Origin: Myxococcota bacterium
GTDB lineage: Bacteria; Myxococcota_A; UBA796; CAJQPC01
Reading direction: 5' to 3'
Assembly (NCBI GenBank): GCA_036012755.1
Contig: DASCPX010000112.1
Location: 26,436 to 90,435, forward strand
DNA: 64,000 nt
A program made the position numbers and the translations under genes. Shown here one piece after another: positions 18,579-28,029 of the stretch. Numbering within the stretch: the stretch's first letter is position 1; the number at the start of each line of letters is the position of its first letter. The notes under the pieces were generated by a model. It did not search any database, was not told where the DNA came from, and saw only the letters and a list, made by a program, of their open reading frames with translations.

Positions 18579-19001
18579 ATGCTCAGCGTCATGGTTCTGG
18601 CGGTGGCTTGTACGAAGTCGGTGGACACTCCTACGGACTCTGCAGCCGTCGGCGACTCTGGCGATCGTTCAGACAGCGGGCCCAACACCGACAGTGGCGA
18701 AGAGCCGGCGAGGGTGTCGGTGACCGTGTCGCTGGATGTCGATGTCGGTTGGGTCATCGTCGTAGGGGAAGACGAGGAGTGGGACGACATCACCCCGAGC
18801 GAGTTTCCTGCGGGCACTGTGCTTGTCGATGAGGTGGACCCGGGTACGTGGTACCTGCTCGCCGCATCCCCAGAGCGGGACCGCTGTGAGTCCACGGCTC
18901 CGATGACGTTCGCTGCAGGCGATCGTTGGCTTTGGACCGTTTCGGAGTTCTCGAGCGACTACGACTACGAAGCGGACTTCTTCGCGTGCGGAGCGCGCTG
19001 A
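18579..19001 (+). CDS. Hypothetical lipoprotein
   Basis: GAGGA upstream; MLSVMVLAVAC; acidic tether; somewhat lower GC3 than neighbours. Confidence 0.65.
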   Translation: MLSVMVLAVACTKSVDTPTDSAAVGDSGDRSDSGPNTDSGEEPARVSVTVSLDVDVGWVIVVGEDEEWDDITPSEFPAGTVLVDEVDPGTWYLLAASPERDRCESTAPMTFAAGDRWLWTVSEFSSDYDYEADFFACGAR

Positions 19002-19016
19002 CGCATAGTCCAGCTT

Positions 19017-19192
19017 GGACCTGATCTCAGGTCCGGCTTCGCCTGGTTCTCACGCGTCGCCAAGCGACTAGCCCGCATCGTTCATGAGACGCCGTGAGTC
19101 GGCTCTTGGGAGCGGAATCGAGATCGAGATCGAGATCGAGATCGAGAGTCGATGCTCGTGCTCGGTCCTCGATGGCTCGACGGCTCGACGGA
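19017..19192. repeat. Intergenic palindrome plus (ATCGAG)5 hexamer tract
   Basis: GGACCTGA-TC-TCAGGTCC at 19017-19034; five ATCGAG units at 19117-19146, followed by partly complementary CTCG units; lies between convergent genes. Confidence 0.75.
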
Positions 19193-19203
19193 GGTACCAG
19201 CTA

Positions 19204-20226
19204 CTAGTACCGGGCCTTCTCGCCGTTCCAGGTCCGCACCAGCCGCCCGTCGGGCACCCCGATGACCAACTCGCGCACCCTCCCGCGGTCGTAGGGGAGC
19301 GGCAGGTACAGCGCATCGGAGCGCCAGCCGCCGTGGGAACGGCCCCACACCAGGCCGTGCCCGTAGCCCGCGCCTGTGGACTTGAAGAAGACCTCGGTTT
19401 CTCCCTCTGGGGAGATCCTGTAGAGCGAGCTGGTGTCGTAGTCCGCCGCCCAGAGGTAGCCGCAGGCGTCCATGCGAAGGCCGTCCTTCCACTGGCCTGG
19501 GGTCCTGGCGAAGCGCTCGAGTTCCCCGGTCGGGGCCAGGTTCTCGTCCAGCGGTGCCCGGTAGATGTTCCCGTCGCCGACCCCCCCGACGTACAGCATG
19601 GTCGAGTCGAGGTTCAGCGTGAGCGAGTGGGCCATCCAGCTGTCGTTGGGGCCCTTCTCGAACAGCACCTCGAGCTCTCCGGACTCGGGGTCCAGCCGGA
19701 GCACGTTGCCGTCGGCGATCAGCAGGCTTCCGTCTGGAGCGAGCTCGAGGCCATAGCCCCAATACAGGCCGCCCACGACGATCTCCGTGCCCCCCTCGGG
19801 CCACAGGCGGTAGACGGCGCCTTCCTCGAGCATCACCATGTAGACGGTGCCGTCGGGGTGGCGCTGCATCTGCTCGACCCCTCGGATGCCTGGCACGAAG
19901 GTCTCGTAGCCGTCGTCGTAGGCGGTCTTGGTCAGCGCGTTTCGACCGTCCCAGCCGACCAGCATCCCGTCGTCGTCGAAGGCCATCCCGTGGTACGCGC
20001 GGGCACCGTCGAAGATCTTGTCGCCGACGGGCTCCGATGGCAGATCGTCGCAGTCGTACTCGAAGTCCGGGTAGGGCAGGGGGTCGCCGGGCTGGTAGCT
20101 GTCGCCCGTGTCCTCGGAGTCCACGGGTTGGGAGTCGTCCGGCGGCGTGGAGTCCACCGTCGAGTCGTCCGTTTGCGTGATCGGACCGACGCTGGGGGGC
20201 GAGCAGCACAAGAGAGCGATGAGCAT
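19204..20226 (-). CDS. SMP-30/gluconolactonase-like beta-propeller lipoprotein
   Basis: MLIALLCC; blades such as GMAFDDDG, GLELAPDG, DGLRMDACGYLW, LYRISPEG. Confidence 0.75.
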   Translation of the reverse strand: MLIALLCCSPPSVGPITQTDDSTVDSTPPDDSQPVDSEDTGDSYQPGDPLPYPDFEYDCDDLPSEPVGDKIFDGARAYHGMAFDDDGMLVGWDGRNALTKTAYDDGYETFVPGIRGVEQMQRHPDGTVYMVMLEEGAVYRLWPEGGTEIVVGGLYWGYGLELAPDGSLLIADGNVLRLDPESGELEVLFEKGPNDSWMAHSLTLNLDSTMLYVGGVGDGNIYRAPLDENLAPTGELERFARTPGQWKDGLRMDACGYLWAADYDTSSLYRISPEGETEVFFKSTGAGYGHGLVWGRSHGGWRSDALYLPLPYDRGRVRELVIGVPDGRLVRTWNGEKARY

Positions 20227-20320
20227 GGACCCAGTGTGCCCGACGCCGGGTGGGGAACGGCGCCTGGCTCCCGCAAGGTTCCTGTCATGCCGCTGGTCCG
20301 GGGCTGCCCCGAGGATCCGG

Positions 20321-20719
20321 TCAGATCACGACGGTGCTGTCTATGCCCGTGAAGATGTTGCCCATCGCCTCGCTGCGGCTCATCGCCGTGATGACCGTGC
20401 GCTTGGGCACGCCGACGATGAAGGCGTTGTCGTCCATGAGCACCAGCGACTCCTTGGCGCCCTTGTCGGCGAGGCGGTCGATGGCACCGCTGAGCATGGC
20501 GGTGTCGTCGTCGTCGAGCTCGATGCCTCGGGACTCCAAGCGCGCCTTCGCGTGCCTGGAGAAGCGCAGCTCCGGAGCCTCTCTCGGGCGCTCCAGATCC
20601 GCCGCGTGGTCCCTCAGCAGCTGGTCGAAGGCCGTGTCGAAGTCGGCGCTCTTTCCCGGTCGCGAGCCCGTGCTCGGGGTCGTCGCGATGCCCGGGAGGA
20701 TGGCGTCGAGGGATCTCAT
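20321..20719 (-). CDS. Flagellar operon protein (TIGR02530-like)
   Basis: LRFSRHAKARLESRGI, KGAKESLVL, RTVITAM, IFTGIDSTVV; directly follows flgD. Confidence 0.9.
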   Translation of the reverse strand: MRSLDAILPGIATTPSTGSRPGKSADFDTAFDQLLRDHAADLERPREAPELRFSRHAKARLESRGIELDDDDTAMLSGAIDRLADKGAKESLVLMDDNAFIVGVPKRTVITAMSRSEAMGNIFTGIDSTVVI

Positions 20720-21477
20720 GTCTCGGTCTTCTTGTCCGCGTCGGTGTCCACGCTGGTGGTCTCGCTGTCGTCGACGTCGTCCTGGTCCGCCTCGGACTCG
20801 GAGCCGGTCGTGAGGCGGATGAGCGCCGAGATGTCGACGGTCACGCCGTCGATGCTCGGGCGTGGGCTGCCGCTGGAGTAGTCCATCTCGTCGACGGTGC
20901 CGTGGATGAGCTCTGTCACCTCGACCGAGTTGCCCTGGTCGTCCGCTGCGGTCACCTCGAAGGTGTACTCGCCCTCTTCGGCCTGGGCACCGCTGGTGGT
21001 GGTGCCGTCCCAGGTCCAGGTGCCTTCGCCCTCTTCGAGACCCGAGAGATCCTCGCTGTAGACCACGCTGCCGTTGTCGTCGTAGACGGTCACGGTCGCG
21101 GAGGTGGCAGAGGACTCGGCGTCGTACATGAGCTCGACCTCGCCCTCGCCGGAGTAGCGGAACTCGTTGCCCTCTGCGACGACGTCCATGCCGACGAGGT
21201 CGGCCATCGCGGCGTTGTTGAGGCTGGAGATGCCCAGCGTGATGGCCTGGGCGATGCCGTTGAGGGTCATCAGCTGCTCGAGGCTGGAGAAGGTCGCGAG
21301 CTGGGCGATGAACTCCTCGTTCGCCATCGGGTCGAGGGGGTCCTGGTTCTGCATCTGCGTGGTCAGCAGGTTCATGAAGGCGGCCTGGTCGAGGTCCTGG
21401 CCTCCGAAGGTCGCGCTGTTGGCGCTGGTGAGTGCCGTCTCGTCCGACAGTCCCGTGATTCCTTCGATGCTCGACAT
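20716..21477 (-). CDS. flgD: Hook capping protein FlgD
   Basis: FMNLLTTQMQNQDPLDPM...FIAQLATFSSLEQ; WTWDG Ig-like domain. Confidence 0.96.
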   Translation of the reverse strand: MSSIEGITGLSDETALTSANSATFGGQDLDQAAFMNLLTTQMQNQDPLDPMANEEFIAQLATFSSLEQLMTLNGIAQAITLGISSLNNAAMADLVGMDVVAEGNEFRYSGEGEVELMYDAESSATSATVTVYDDNGSVVYSEDLSGLEEGEGTWTWDGTTTSGAQAEEGEYTFEVTAADDQGNSVEVTELIHGTVDEMDYSSGSPRPSIDGVTVDISALIRLTTGSESEADQDDVDDSETTSVDTDADKKTET

Positions 21478-21508
21478 GGTCCTCTCCTCGGATCGACGCC
21501 GGTTCGCT

Positions 21509-22744
21509 TCAAGCGATGACGTCGAGAAGGGTCCCGCGGATCACCCGCGGCTCTGGTGTTGCCTCGTCCGTGTCCCCGGCGTCCTCGACGGGCGCGTCGG
21601 GACCGTCGAGGGTCTGGCGATTGCGGGTGTCTCGCTCCCTCGCGCTGAACTCGGCGAGGTTGAAGCCAGCCCGTGTCAGCTCCTCTTGGAGCTCCGGACC
21701 GATCTCGCGCAGGGGCTCGACGGCCTCTGCTGCGCCCTCGAGCACCACGCCGATGCCCTCGCCGTCAGCGGTGATGGCGACCTCGAGATCCTCGTCGATC
21801 CGCACTGTCACGGTCTTCGGCATTGGGGCCGCCAGCTCCGGGATCTCCATCTCGAGCGTGCTGATGAGCTCGATCGGATCGACGGTGACGGGCTCCGCCT
21901 GGGCCTCGATGATGGGCTCGTTGGTTCCGGCGACAGCCATCTCCGGCGTGTTCGTCGTCGATGCCTGTGGTGTCTTCGGGCGTCGCTGCGGGGCGGCACG
22001 CACGGCCACGACCTCGACGCCCTCTGGCAGCGCGGGCTGCTCGGAGGGAGCCTCCTCGCCTGGCATCGCGAGGGGGGCCTCTTCGGGTGATCCGAGCGCC
22101 TGGGGCCTGGCGGCAAGCGGCGTGGGCTGCGCGAGCTGGAGTCGCGGGAGGACCTGCTCGAGTCGCGGAAGGACCTGCTCCAGCGGGGGCTCCGTAGTCA
22201 GGGCCTGGGGTGTCACCGGCTCAGCGTGCTCGACCGGCGGGAGGTGGCCCTCCAACTTGGAGAGGACCGAAGAGGCGGTGTGTTGCGTCGAGACCTCGGC
22301 CCGGGGGACCGCCCTGGGCTCGACGCTGTCACCCACGGCCAGAGCGGCCAGGGGCGCGTCGTCCAGCGGTGCGTCGTCCACGGCCAGCGGTGCATCGGCC
22401 AGCGGTGCCTCGCCGAGATGAAGCGGCACCTCGCCCTCGGGCAGCGGCGTGTCGGTCAGGTGATGGGGCGCGTCGCGCGGGCCCGCGATCCGGGTCATCG
22501 GTCGCAGGTCCAGGCCGTGCTCGGCAAGGAGGGGATCGGGGACCTCGGTGTGCCGGTCCAAGAGAGGCGTCGCCGGATCGGTGTCGGAGGCGAGGCCTTG
22601 CTCGATGGGCGCCGAGAATCCGATCTCCGGGGCCTGGGTGTTGGCGGCTTCTGCGAGGAAGCGCTCGAAGGAGGCCGCCGGTGCCTCTGGACCAGAGGGC
22701 CCCAGCATCAGCATCAACAGCGGATCGACCGGCAACAGCTGCAC
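21509..22744 (-). CDS. fliK: Hook-length control protein FliK-like
   Basis: Pro/Ala/Glu low-complexity N-region, compact C-domain (LEVAITADGEGIGVVL...ELQEELTRAGF); immediately upstream of flgD. Confidence 0.7.
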   Translation of the reverse strand: MQLLPVDPLLMLMLGPSGPEAPAASFERFLAEAANTQAPEIGFSAPIEQGLASDTDPATPLLDRHTEVPDPLLAEHGLDLRPMTRIAGPRDAPHHLTDTPLPEGEVPLHLGEAPLADAPLAVDDAPLDDAPLAALAVGDSVEPRAVPRAEVSTQHTASSVLSKLEGHLPPVEHAEPVTPQALTTEPPLEQVLPRLEQVLPRLQLAQPTPLAARPQALGSPEEAPLAMPGEEAPSEQPALPEGVEVVAVRAAPQRRPKTPQASTTNTPEMAVAGTNEPIIEAQAEPVTVDPIELISTLEMEIPELAAPMPKTVTVRIDEDLEVAITADGEGIGVVLEGAAEAVEPLREIGPELQEELTRAGFNLAEFSARERDTRNRQTLDGPDAPVEDAGDTDEATPEPRVIRGTLLDVIA

Positions 22745-22747
22745 GAT

Positions 22748-23245
22748 CTACCTCTGGAGCGTCGGGAGGGTGAGGCGCTCCGCCAGCGATGCCGCCTTGT
22801 CCGGCTCCATGCTGGCCAGCACCTTGCCTGCCTTCGAGGTGTTCATGCCGTCGAGCACCTCTACGGCGAGGTCCTCTTCCAGCTCCGCGACGAAGGTGCC
22901 CGCGTCGCTGGCGCGCATGGACTCCACCATCTTGATCAGCGCGCGGACGCGAGCCTTGCGGACCTCGTCACCGTCGTCGAGCAGGGTCTCGATCTCCGAG
23001 CGGAGAGTCTCGAGCTCGACCAGGCGCTCCTCGATGCGGGTCTCGACCTCGCGCAGCTCGGCCTCGCGGGCCTCTGCGCTGGCCTCGCGTCGGTCAAGGG
23101 CACGCTCGCGAGTCTCCAGCCGGTCGACGAGCTCCTGCATGCCGCGGGTGTCCCCCTCGGGCCAGGAGGCAGCCTCGGCGAGCGGGACCCCCTCGTCCTG
23201 GCCGATCGCGGAGCCGCAGCCGCACAAGAGGGCCAAGAGCAGCAT
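22748..23245 (-). CDS. MotE/YlxF-like flagellar lipoprotein
   Basis: Coiled coil then LIKMVESM..SDA...KAGKVLASMEPDKAASL; between fliJ and fliK; MLLLALLCGC. Confidence 0.8.
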   Translation of the reverse strand: MLLLALLCGCGSAIGQDEGVPLAEAASWPEGDTRGMQELVDRLETRERALDRREASAEAREAELREVETRIEERLVELETLRSEIETLLDDGDEVRKARVRALIKMVESMRASDAGTFVAELEEDLAVEVLDGMNTSKAGKVLASMEPDKAASLAERLTLPTLQR

Positions 23246-23661
23246 CACGCCACCTTCCGGAGCCATGCGCTCAGGGCGAGCTGGTCGAGGACCTTCTCTT
23301 CATCCCGGCGCTCTTGCAGGGCGGCTTCTTCTTCACGGGCTTCGATGACCAGCGCCACGACCTCGGCCTCTCGAACGGCGGTGGCGACCTCGCCTCGACG
23401 CTCGTTCACCACCCGGCCGGTCTCGTCGAGGAAGGACCGCTCGCGGCGGCCCAGCAGCTCCATCTGGACACGGAACTGGTGGTAGATGGCCAGCGACGCC
23501 GCGTCCTCGGTGGTCTCCGCGCGGGCCTCGACGACGCGCTGGTTGACGCGCTCGACGCGGTCCAGCTGTTGGTCGTGCCGTTTCTCGGCTCGGACGAGCT
23601 CCAGGCGTGCCCGGCGCTTGTCGTGGTCTCGCAGTCGCTTGAGAACGTCCAGCGTCTTCAT
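23245..23661 (-). CDS. fliJ: FliJ-like export chaperone
   Basis: 138 aa all-helical coiled coil, C-terminal EEKVLDQLA, typical fliJ position. Confidence 0.7.
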   Translation of the reverse strand: MKTLDVLKRLRDHDKRRARLELVRAEKRHDQQLDRVERVNQRVVEARAETTEDAASLAIYHQFRVQMELLGRRERSFLDETGRVVNERRGEVATAVREAEVVALVIEAREEEAALQERRDEEKVLDQLALSAWLRKVA

Positions 23662-23756
23662 GCGTCTCGCAACGGATCGCTGGGCGGCCGCTTGAGGTGA
23701 AGTGGCCGAGGCAGCCTGGACCGTGTAGGTTGCTGCCCCCCCGAGGAAACGCTGGA

Positions 23757-24761
23757 ATGGGTCTCGACTACCGCGTTCGCTGCTGTCCCGATGGCCTCGT
23801 CACGGATCGACGTCGCCGCATCAAGGTGCTGGACTGCACGATTCGGGACGGCGGCATCTGCAACCGCTGGCGGTTCGGCGACGACCTCGTTCAGCGCACC
23901 TTCCAGGCGCTCACTCGCTCCGGTGTCGACTACATGGAGGTCGGCTACCGCACCTCTGACGGCGTCTACAGCCGCGACGACGTCGGCCCCTGGCGTTTCT
24001 GCGACGAGCGCGATCTACAGCGCGTCGTCACCCCTGGCCGAATGAAGCTCACGACGATGATCGACATCGGTCGCGTCGAGGTCGCGGACATCCCGAAGAA
24101 GTCCGACAGCGTCATCGACGTCATCCGCATCGCAGCCTACGCCCACCAGATGGACGAGGCCCTTCGCCTGGCCGACCACGCCAAGGAGCAGGGCTACGAG
24201 ACCTTCATGAACGTGATGGCCGTCTCGGTGCTGGAGCCCGAAGATGTCGACACCTTCCTCAACCGCCTGGCCGTCAGCGGCATCGACAACGTGGCGATCG
24301 TCGACTCCTTCGGCGCTCTCTACCCCCACCACGTCCGCTACCTCGTCCGCAAGTACATGAACTACCTGGGCAGGGACATCAAGGTCGGCGTGCACTTCCA
24401 CAACAACCAGCAGCAGGCCTTCGCCAACTCGGTGGCCGCCATCGACGAGGGCGTCGACTTCGTGGACGCGACCGTGCACGGCATGGGTCGCGGCGCCGGC
24501 AACTGTCCTTTGGAGCTCTTGCTCTTCTACCTCGACAACCCGCGCTACGACGTGCGCCCGGTGCTCGAGCTCGTCGACGACTTCGCCAACATGCGCGACA
24601 GCCTGCGCTGGGGCTACCACCTGCCCTACGCCATCACGGGCTTCTTCAACGTCCACCCCCGAAGCGGCATCGAGCGCATGTCGCGGCCGGACCGCTACGA
24701 GTGCCGGGAGATGTACGAGAAGCTCTCCCCGCGCCTGGACGCTGCCTCGAAGGCTGGCTGA
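23757..24761 (+). CDS. DRE-TIM metallolyase (4-hydroxy-2-oxovalerate aldolase-like)
   Basis: LDCTIRDGG, DSFG, HFHNN, GMGRGAGNCPLE; exact start uncertain. Confidence 0.85.
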   Translation: MGLDYRVRCCPDGLVTDRRRRIKVLDCTIRDGGICNRWRFGDDLVQRTFQALTRSGVDYMEVGYRTSDGVYSRDDVGPWRFCDERDLQRVVTPGRMKLTTMIDIGRVEVADIPKKSDSVIDVIRIAAYAHQMDEALRLADHAKEQGYETFMNVMAVSVLEPEDVDTFLNRLAVSGIDNVAIVDSFGALYPHHVRYLVRKYMNYLGRDIKVGVHFHNNQQQAFANSVAAIDEGVDFVDATVHGMGRGAGNCPLELLLFYLDNPRYDVRPVLELVDDFANMRDSLRWGYHLPYAITGFFNVHPRSGIERMSRPDRYECREMYEKLSPRLDAASKAG

Positions 24762-24768
24762 GCCGGGC

Positions 24769-26103
24769 TCAGTCCCGGAAGGGATCCCACTGAAAGCGGT
24801 CATCGTACCGGGGCTCTTTTTCATCGTCGAGGAAGTCCGTGTCGAAGCCTCTTCCGGTGATGAGGAGGTCCATCTCGAAGTGCACGCCGTACCGCAGGGC
24901 CGGGGACAGCTTCGGGAACGGGGGCTGGCTGGAGACGTGATCGACCAGCTCGATGGGCCGCACGCGCCTGATCTTGGTCCCGCGGTAGGAGGCCTGGACG
25001 ATGCCGTCGACCGAGAGGTGCTTCCTGGTGGGGTCCCACCTGCCGTGGAGCCGTGCAGTTGGTGAGAACACCCGCTTCCAGGTCAGGGTGGGGAGCGTCC
25101 GGGCGGCCCGGTTGAGGCGCTTCTCGAGGCGCTTCTTCGAGGGAGCCTGAGAAGCCTGCCGCAGCATCTTGATGCGGCGCGGACGAATCGGGGAGCCCGG
25201 TCGTGGCGTCGGGGTCGGCCAGACATGCTCGACCAGGTCGAGCTTCTCGCTCTTCGGGACCTCGTCCCAGAGGCGATCCTCCCAGCGGAGGATGGCCGCC
25301 GGTTCGCCGACCAGGTCCCGGCGAAGCAGGCAGCGGGAGGAGCCACCAGGCATGCCGACATCCAGCGTCGGGCTGAAGAGCATCTTCGGGATCCCCAGCA
25401 CCTCGCGCCCGATCGCCAGGGCGGTCAGATCGTCGAGGTAAACGGCGTCCACGTAGGCCTTGGGAGCGCCGAACCGGTCCTTGTGGGTGGGCACGATCAC
25501 GGCGACCTCGGTGTAGCGAACGGTCTCCGGACGCCCCTCGAAGCCGATCCCGCCGGCGTAGTCGATGACCGCGACGACGAAGTACGGGGGGTAGCCGATC
25601 GGGTCGAGCCAGGTGTACCCGGGCGGGAGCATCCGGCGCCAGAGGTCCGGGCGCTCGAAGTGGAAGAGGAACACCTGGGCGCCCCTCGCCACGTAGGGAC
25701 CGGGCAAGGTCCAGGGCTGCGGGTTCCTGGCCTCGTACCACTCCTGGCGACTGAGGCGGTCGATCCCGGAAGTCGCCTGGGCGCTGCGCGTCTTGGCCTC
25801 CTTGAAGCAGGCGGCGCGCAGATCCTCGTCCTCGGCTACGAGCTGGCGCAGGTCGGACTCGGGAAGGACCGTCACCGTGGCGGCCTCGCGGCATCGGATC
25901 TCGCCTGTGTGCTCGCCTCCGGGTCCGAGCACGTCGAGCGCTCCGACCACGTCCCCGGCTTCCGCCACGTAGACACGACGCTGTCCGGCGTAGACCTCGA
26001 GCGAGCCGCTCTGGACCCGCCAGGCCTCGGTCGCCGGGTCTCCGGGGCTCGCGAGCACGAACTCGTCCGTCAGGGACTTCGAGGTTGTGGCCAAGCCTGA
26101 CAC
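24769..26103 (-). CDS. cNMP-binding-like domain fused to an acetoacetate-decarboxylase-like domain
   Basis: N-terminal cNMP-like beta-roll (VQSGSLEV...GDVVG); YTEVAVIVP...YLDD...IGREVLGIPK ADC-family motif. Confidence 0.6.
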   Translation of the reverse strand: MSGLATTSKSLTDEFVLASPGDPATEAWRVQSGSLEVYAGQRRVYVAEAGDVVGALDVLGPGGEHTGEIRCREAATVTVLPESDLRQLVAEDEDLRAACFKEAKTRSAQATSGIDRLSRQEWYEARNPQPWTLPGPYVARGAQVFLFHFERPDLWRRMLPPGYTWLDPIGYPPYFVVAVIDYAGGIGFEGRPETVRYTEVAVIVPTHKDRFGAPKAYVDAVYLDDLTALAIGREVLGIPKMLFSPTLDVGMPGGSSRCLLRRDLVGEPAAILRWEDRLWDEVPKSEKLDLVEHVWPTPTPRPGSPIRPRRIKMLRQASQAPSKKRLEKRLNRAARTLPTLTWKRVFSPTARLHGRWDPTRKHLSVDGIVQASYRGTKIRRVRPIELVDHVSSQPPFPKLSPALRYGVHFEMDLLITGRGFDTDFLDDEKEPRYDDRFQWDPFRD

Positions 26104-26124
26104 AATGGCAGCTTCGGAGGCCCC

Positions 26125-28020
26125 ATGCTGCTCGTCATCCTGTCCCTCGGCTGCCGCAACAAGGACTACACGGCCGACAGCGCCGGCATCTCAGAGGACA
26201 CCGCGCCGGTCTACGAGGACCTCGACGGCGACGGGGTGACAGGGGAGACCGACTGCGACGACGGGGACCCCGCGCGCTTCCCCGGCAACACCGAGACGCC
26301 CTACAACGGCGTCGACGACGACTGCGACGAGTCCACCCTCGACGACGATCTGGACGGGGACGGCTACCTCGGCGCGGACGACTGCAACGACCTCGACGGC
26401 GACGTGCACCCCGACGCGGTGGAGTTCTGCAACGGCGTCGACGACGACTGCGACGGCGAGATCGACGACGCGGTCGGCGGCACCTGGTACGCGGACGACG
26501 ACGGTGACGGCTTCGGTGACCCCGACGCCAGCTCCCAGTCCTGCGAGGCGGGGGACGGGCAGGTGGCGGACGCCACGGACTGTGACGACTCGGATGCCGA
26601 CGTGAACCTGGCGGCGGACGAGGTCTGCAACGGTGTCGACGACGACTGTGACGGAGAGGTGGACGCCGACGCGCTGGACATGACTACCTGGCTCATCGAC
26701 ACGGACGGAGACGGCTTCGGTGACGACGACGACACGGTGGAGTCCTGCGACAGCTGCAGCGCATGCGTGACCGAGGGCGGGGACTGCGACGACGACGACG
26801 GCGACGTGCACCCCGACGCGGACGAGGTCTGCAACGGCGTCGACGACGACTGCGACGGTGACGTCGACCCGGACGACTCCCTCGACGTGGAGACCTGGTA
26901 CGCGGACGCGGACTCTGACGGCTTCGGCGCCGCCGACTACCCCACAGAGGCATGCGACCAGCCCACGGGCCACGTCGCCGACGACACCGACTGCGACGAC
27001 TCCGACTCCGACATCTGGCCAGGCGCGACGGAGGTCTGCAACGACGTGGACGACGACTGCGACGGCGACGTCGACGAGGGGGTGCTGTCGTCCTGGTTCC
27101 TCGACGCCGACGGTGACGGCTATGGCGACGGGGCCGCGGTGGAGGGCTGCGACGCCCCGACCAGCGCCTATGTCGCTGTCGACGGGGACTGCGACGACAC
27201 GGACACGGCCTACAGCCCGGGCGCCACCGCCGGCTGCGACGGAGAGGACTACGACTGCGACGGCAGCGTCGACAACGACGCCGACGGCGATGGCTACGCG
27301 GACTCGGCTTGCGGTGGGGACGACTGCGACGACTCAGACGCCAGCATCAAGCCCGAGCGCACCGGCGACTGCGCGCTGGGCACCAGCTGCGATGACATCC
27401 TGGGGGCCGGGTACTCCAGCGGCGACGGCAACTACACCATCGACGTCGACGGCTACAGCACCGGAGAGGACCCCGAAGAGGTCTACTGCGACATGAACAC
27501 CGCCAGCGGCGGCTGGACGCTCATCGCCACCAACGCCAGCGGTGGCTACTGGAGCAGCACGACCGTGGTCGGCGACACTGCCAGCGGCAGCGTCTCCACG
27601 AGCACCGACTACAAGGCCGAGGCCTGGTCGACCCTGGCGTTCACCGACCTGATGTTCGACGACGGCACCGACTACGCCGTCTACCTGGCCGTCGACTCGG
27701 GCTCGAACACCTACTACGACTTCCAGGCCGCCATCCCGGTCCACAACTGCGGGGACTCCGACGGCTACTCCTACTCGCTCTCGAGCGGGAGCTTCGCGGG
27801 CGACTGCAACACGAACCTCTACTTCCACGCCATCGACGTCGACGGCGGCTACAACTCGACCTGCAGCGAGACCTACACCTACACGAACAACGCCTACGGC
27901 CCCAACTGGAGCGCCGGCAACAACGACGGCTGCCCGATGGACGACCCCTACTACTCGAGCTTCATGTACGACTCGCTCGGCGTCTGGAGTGGCGACCCGC
28001 TGTTGATGTTCGTGCGCTGA
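26125..28020 (+). CDS. Lipoprotein with MopE-like Cys/Asp repeats and C-terminal fibrinogen-like domain
   Basis: Repeated DCDD...P.A.EVCNGVDDDCDG units; SC...GDGNYTID...VYCDM...GGWTLIA. Confidence 0.85.
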   Translation: MLLVILSLGCRNKDYTADSAGISEDTAPVYEDLDGDGVTGETDCDDGDPARFPGNTETPYNGVDDDCDESTLDDDLDGDGYLGADDCNDLDGDVHPDAVEFCNGVDDDCDGEIDDAVGGTWYADDDGDGFGDPDASSQSCEAGDGQVADATDCDDSDADVNLAADEVCNGVDDDCDGEVDADALDMTTWLIDTDGDGFGDDDDTVESCDSCSACVTEGGDCDDDDGDVHPDADEVCNGVDDDCDGDVDPDDSLDVETWYADADSDGFGAADYPTEACDQPTGHVADDTDCDDSDSDIWPGATEVCNDVDDDCDGDVDEGVLSSWFLDADGDGYGDGAAVEGCDAPTSAYVAVDGDCDDTDTAYSPGATAGCDGEDYDCDGSVDNDADGDGYADSACGGDDCDDSDASIKPERTGDCALGTSCDDILGAGYSSGDGNYTIDVDGYSTGEDPEEVYCDMNTASGGWTLIATNASGGYWSSTTVVGDTASGSVSTSTDYKAEAWSTLAFTDLMFDDGTDYAVYLAVDSGSNTYYDFQAAIPVHNCGDSDGYSYSLSSGSFAGDCNTNLYFHAIDVDGGYNSTCSETYTYTNNAYGPNWSAGNNDGCPMDDPYYSSFMYDSLGVWSGDPLLMFVR

Positions 28021-28029
28021 GCCTAGACC

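Noticed and set aside
23662..23700. sigma54 promoter upstream of fliJ
   Set aside because: TTGC is present but there is no GG at the -24 position.
26200..27350. Regularly repeated DNA resembling a CRISPR array
   Set aside because: The repeats are degenerate, in-frame codons for MopE-like Cys/Asp motifs. There are no constant repeats with unique spacers and no cas genes.
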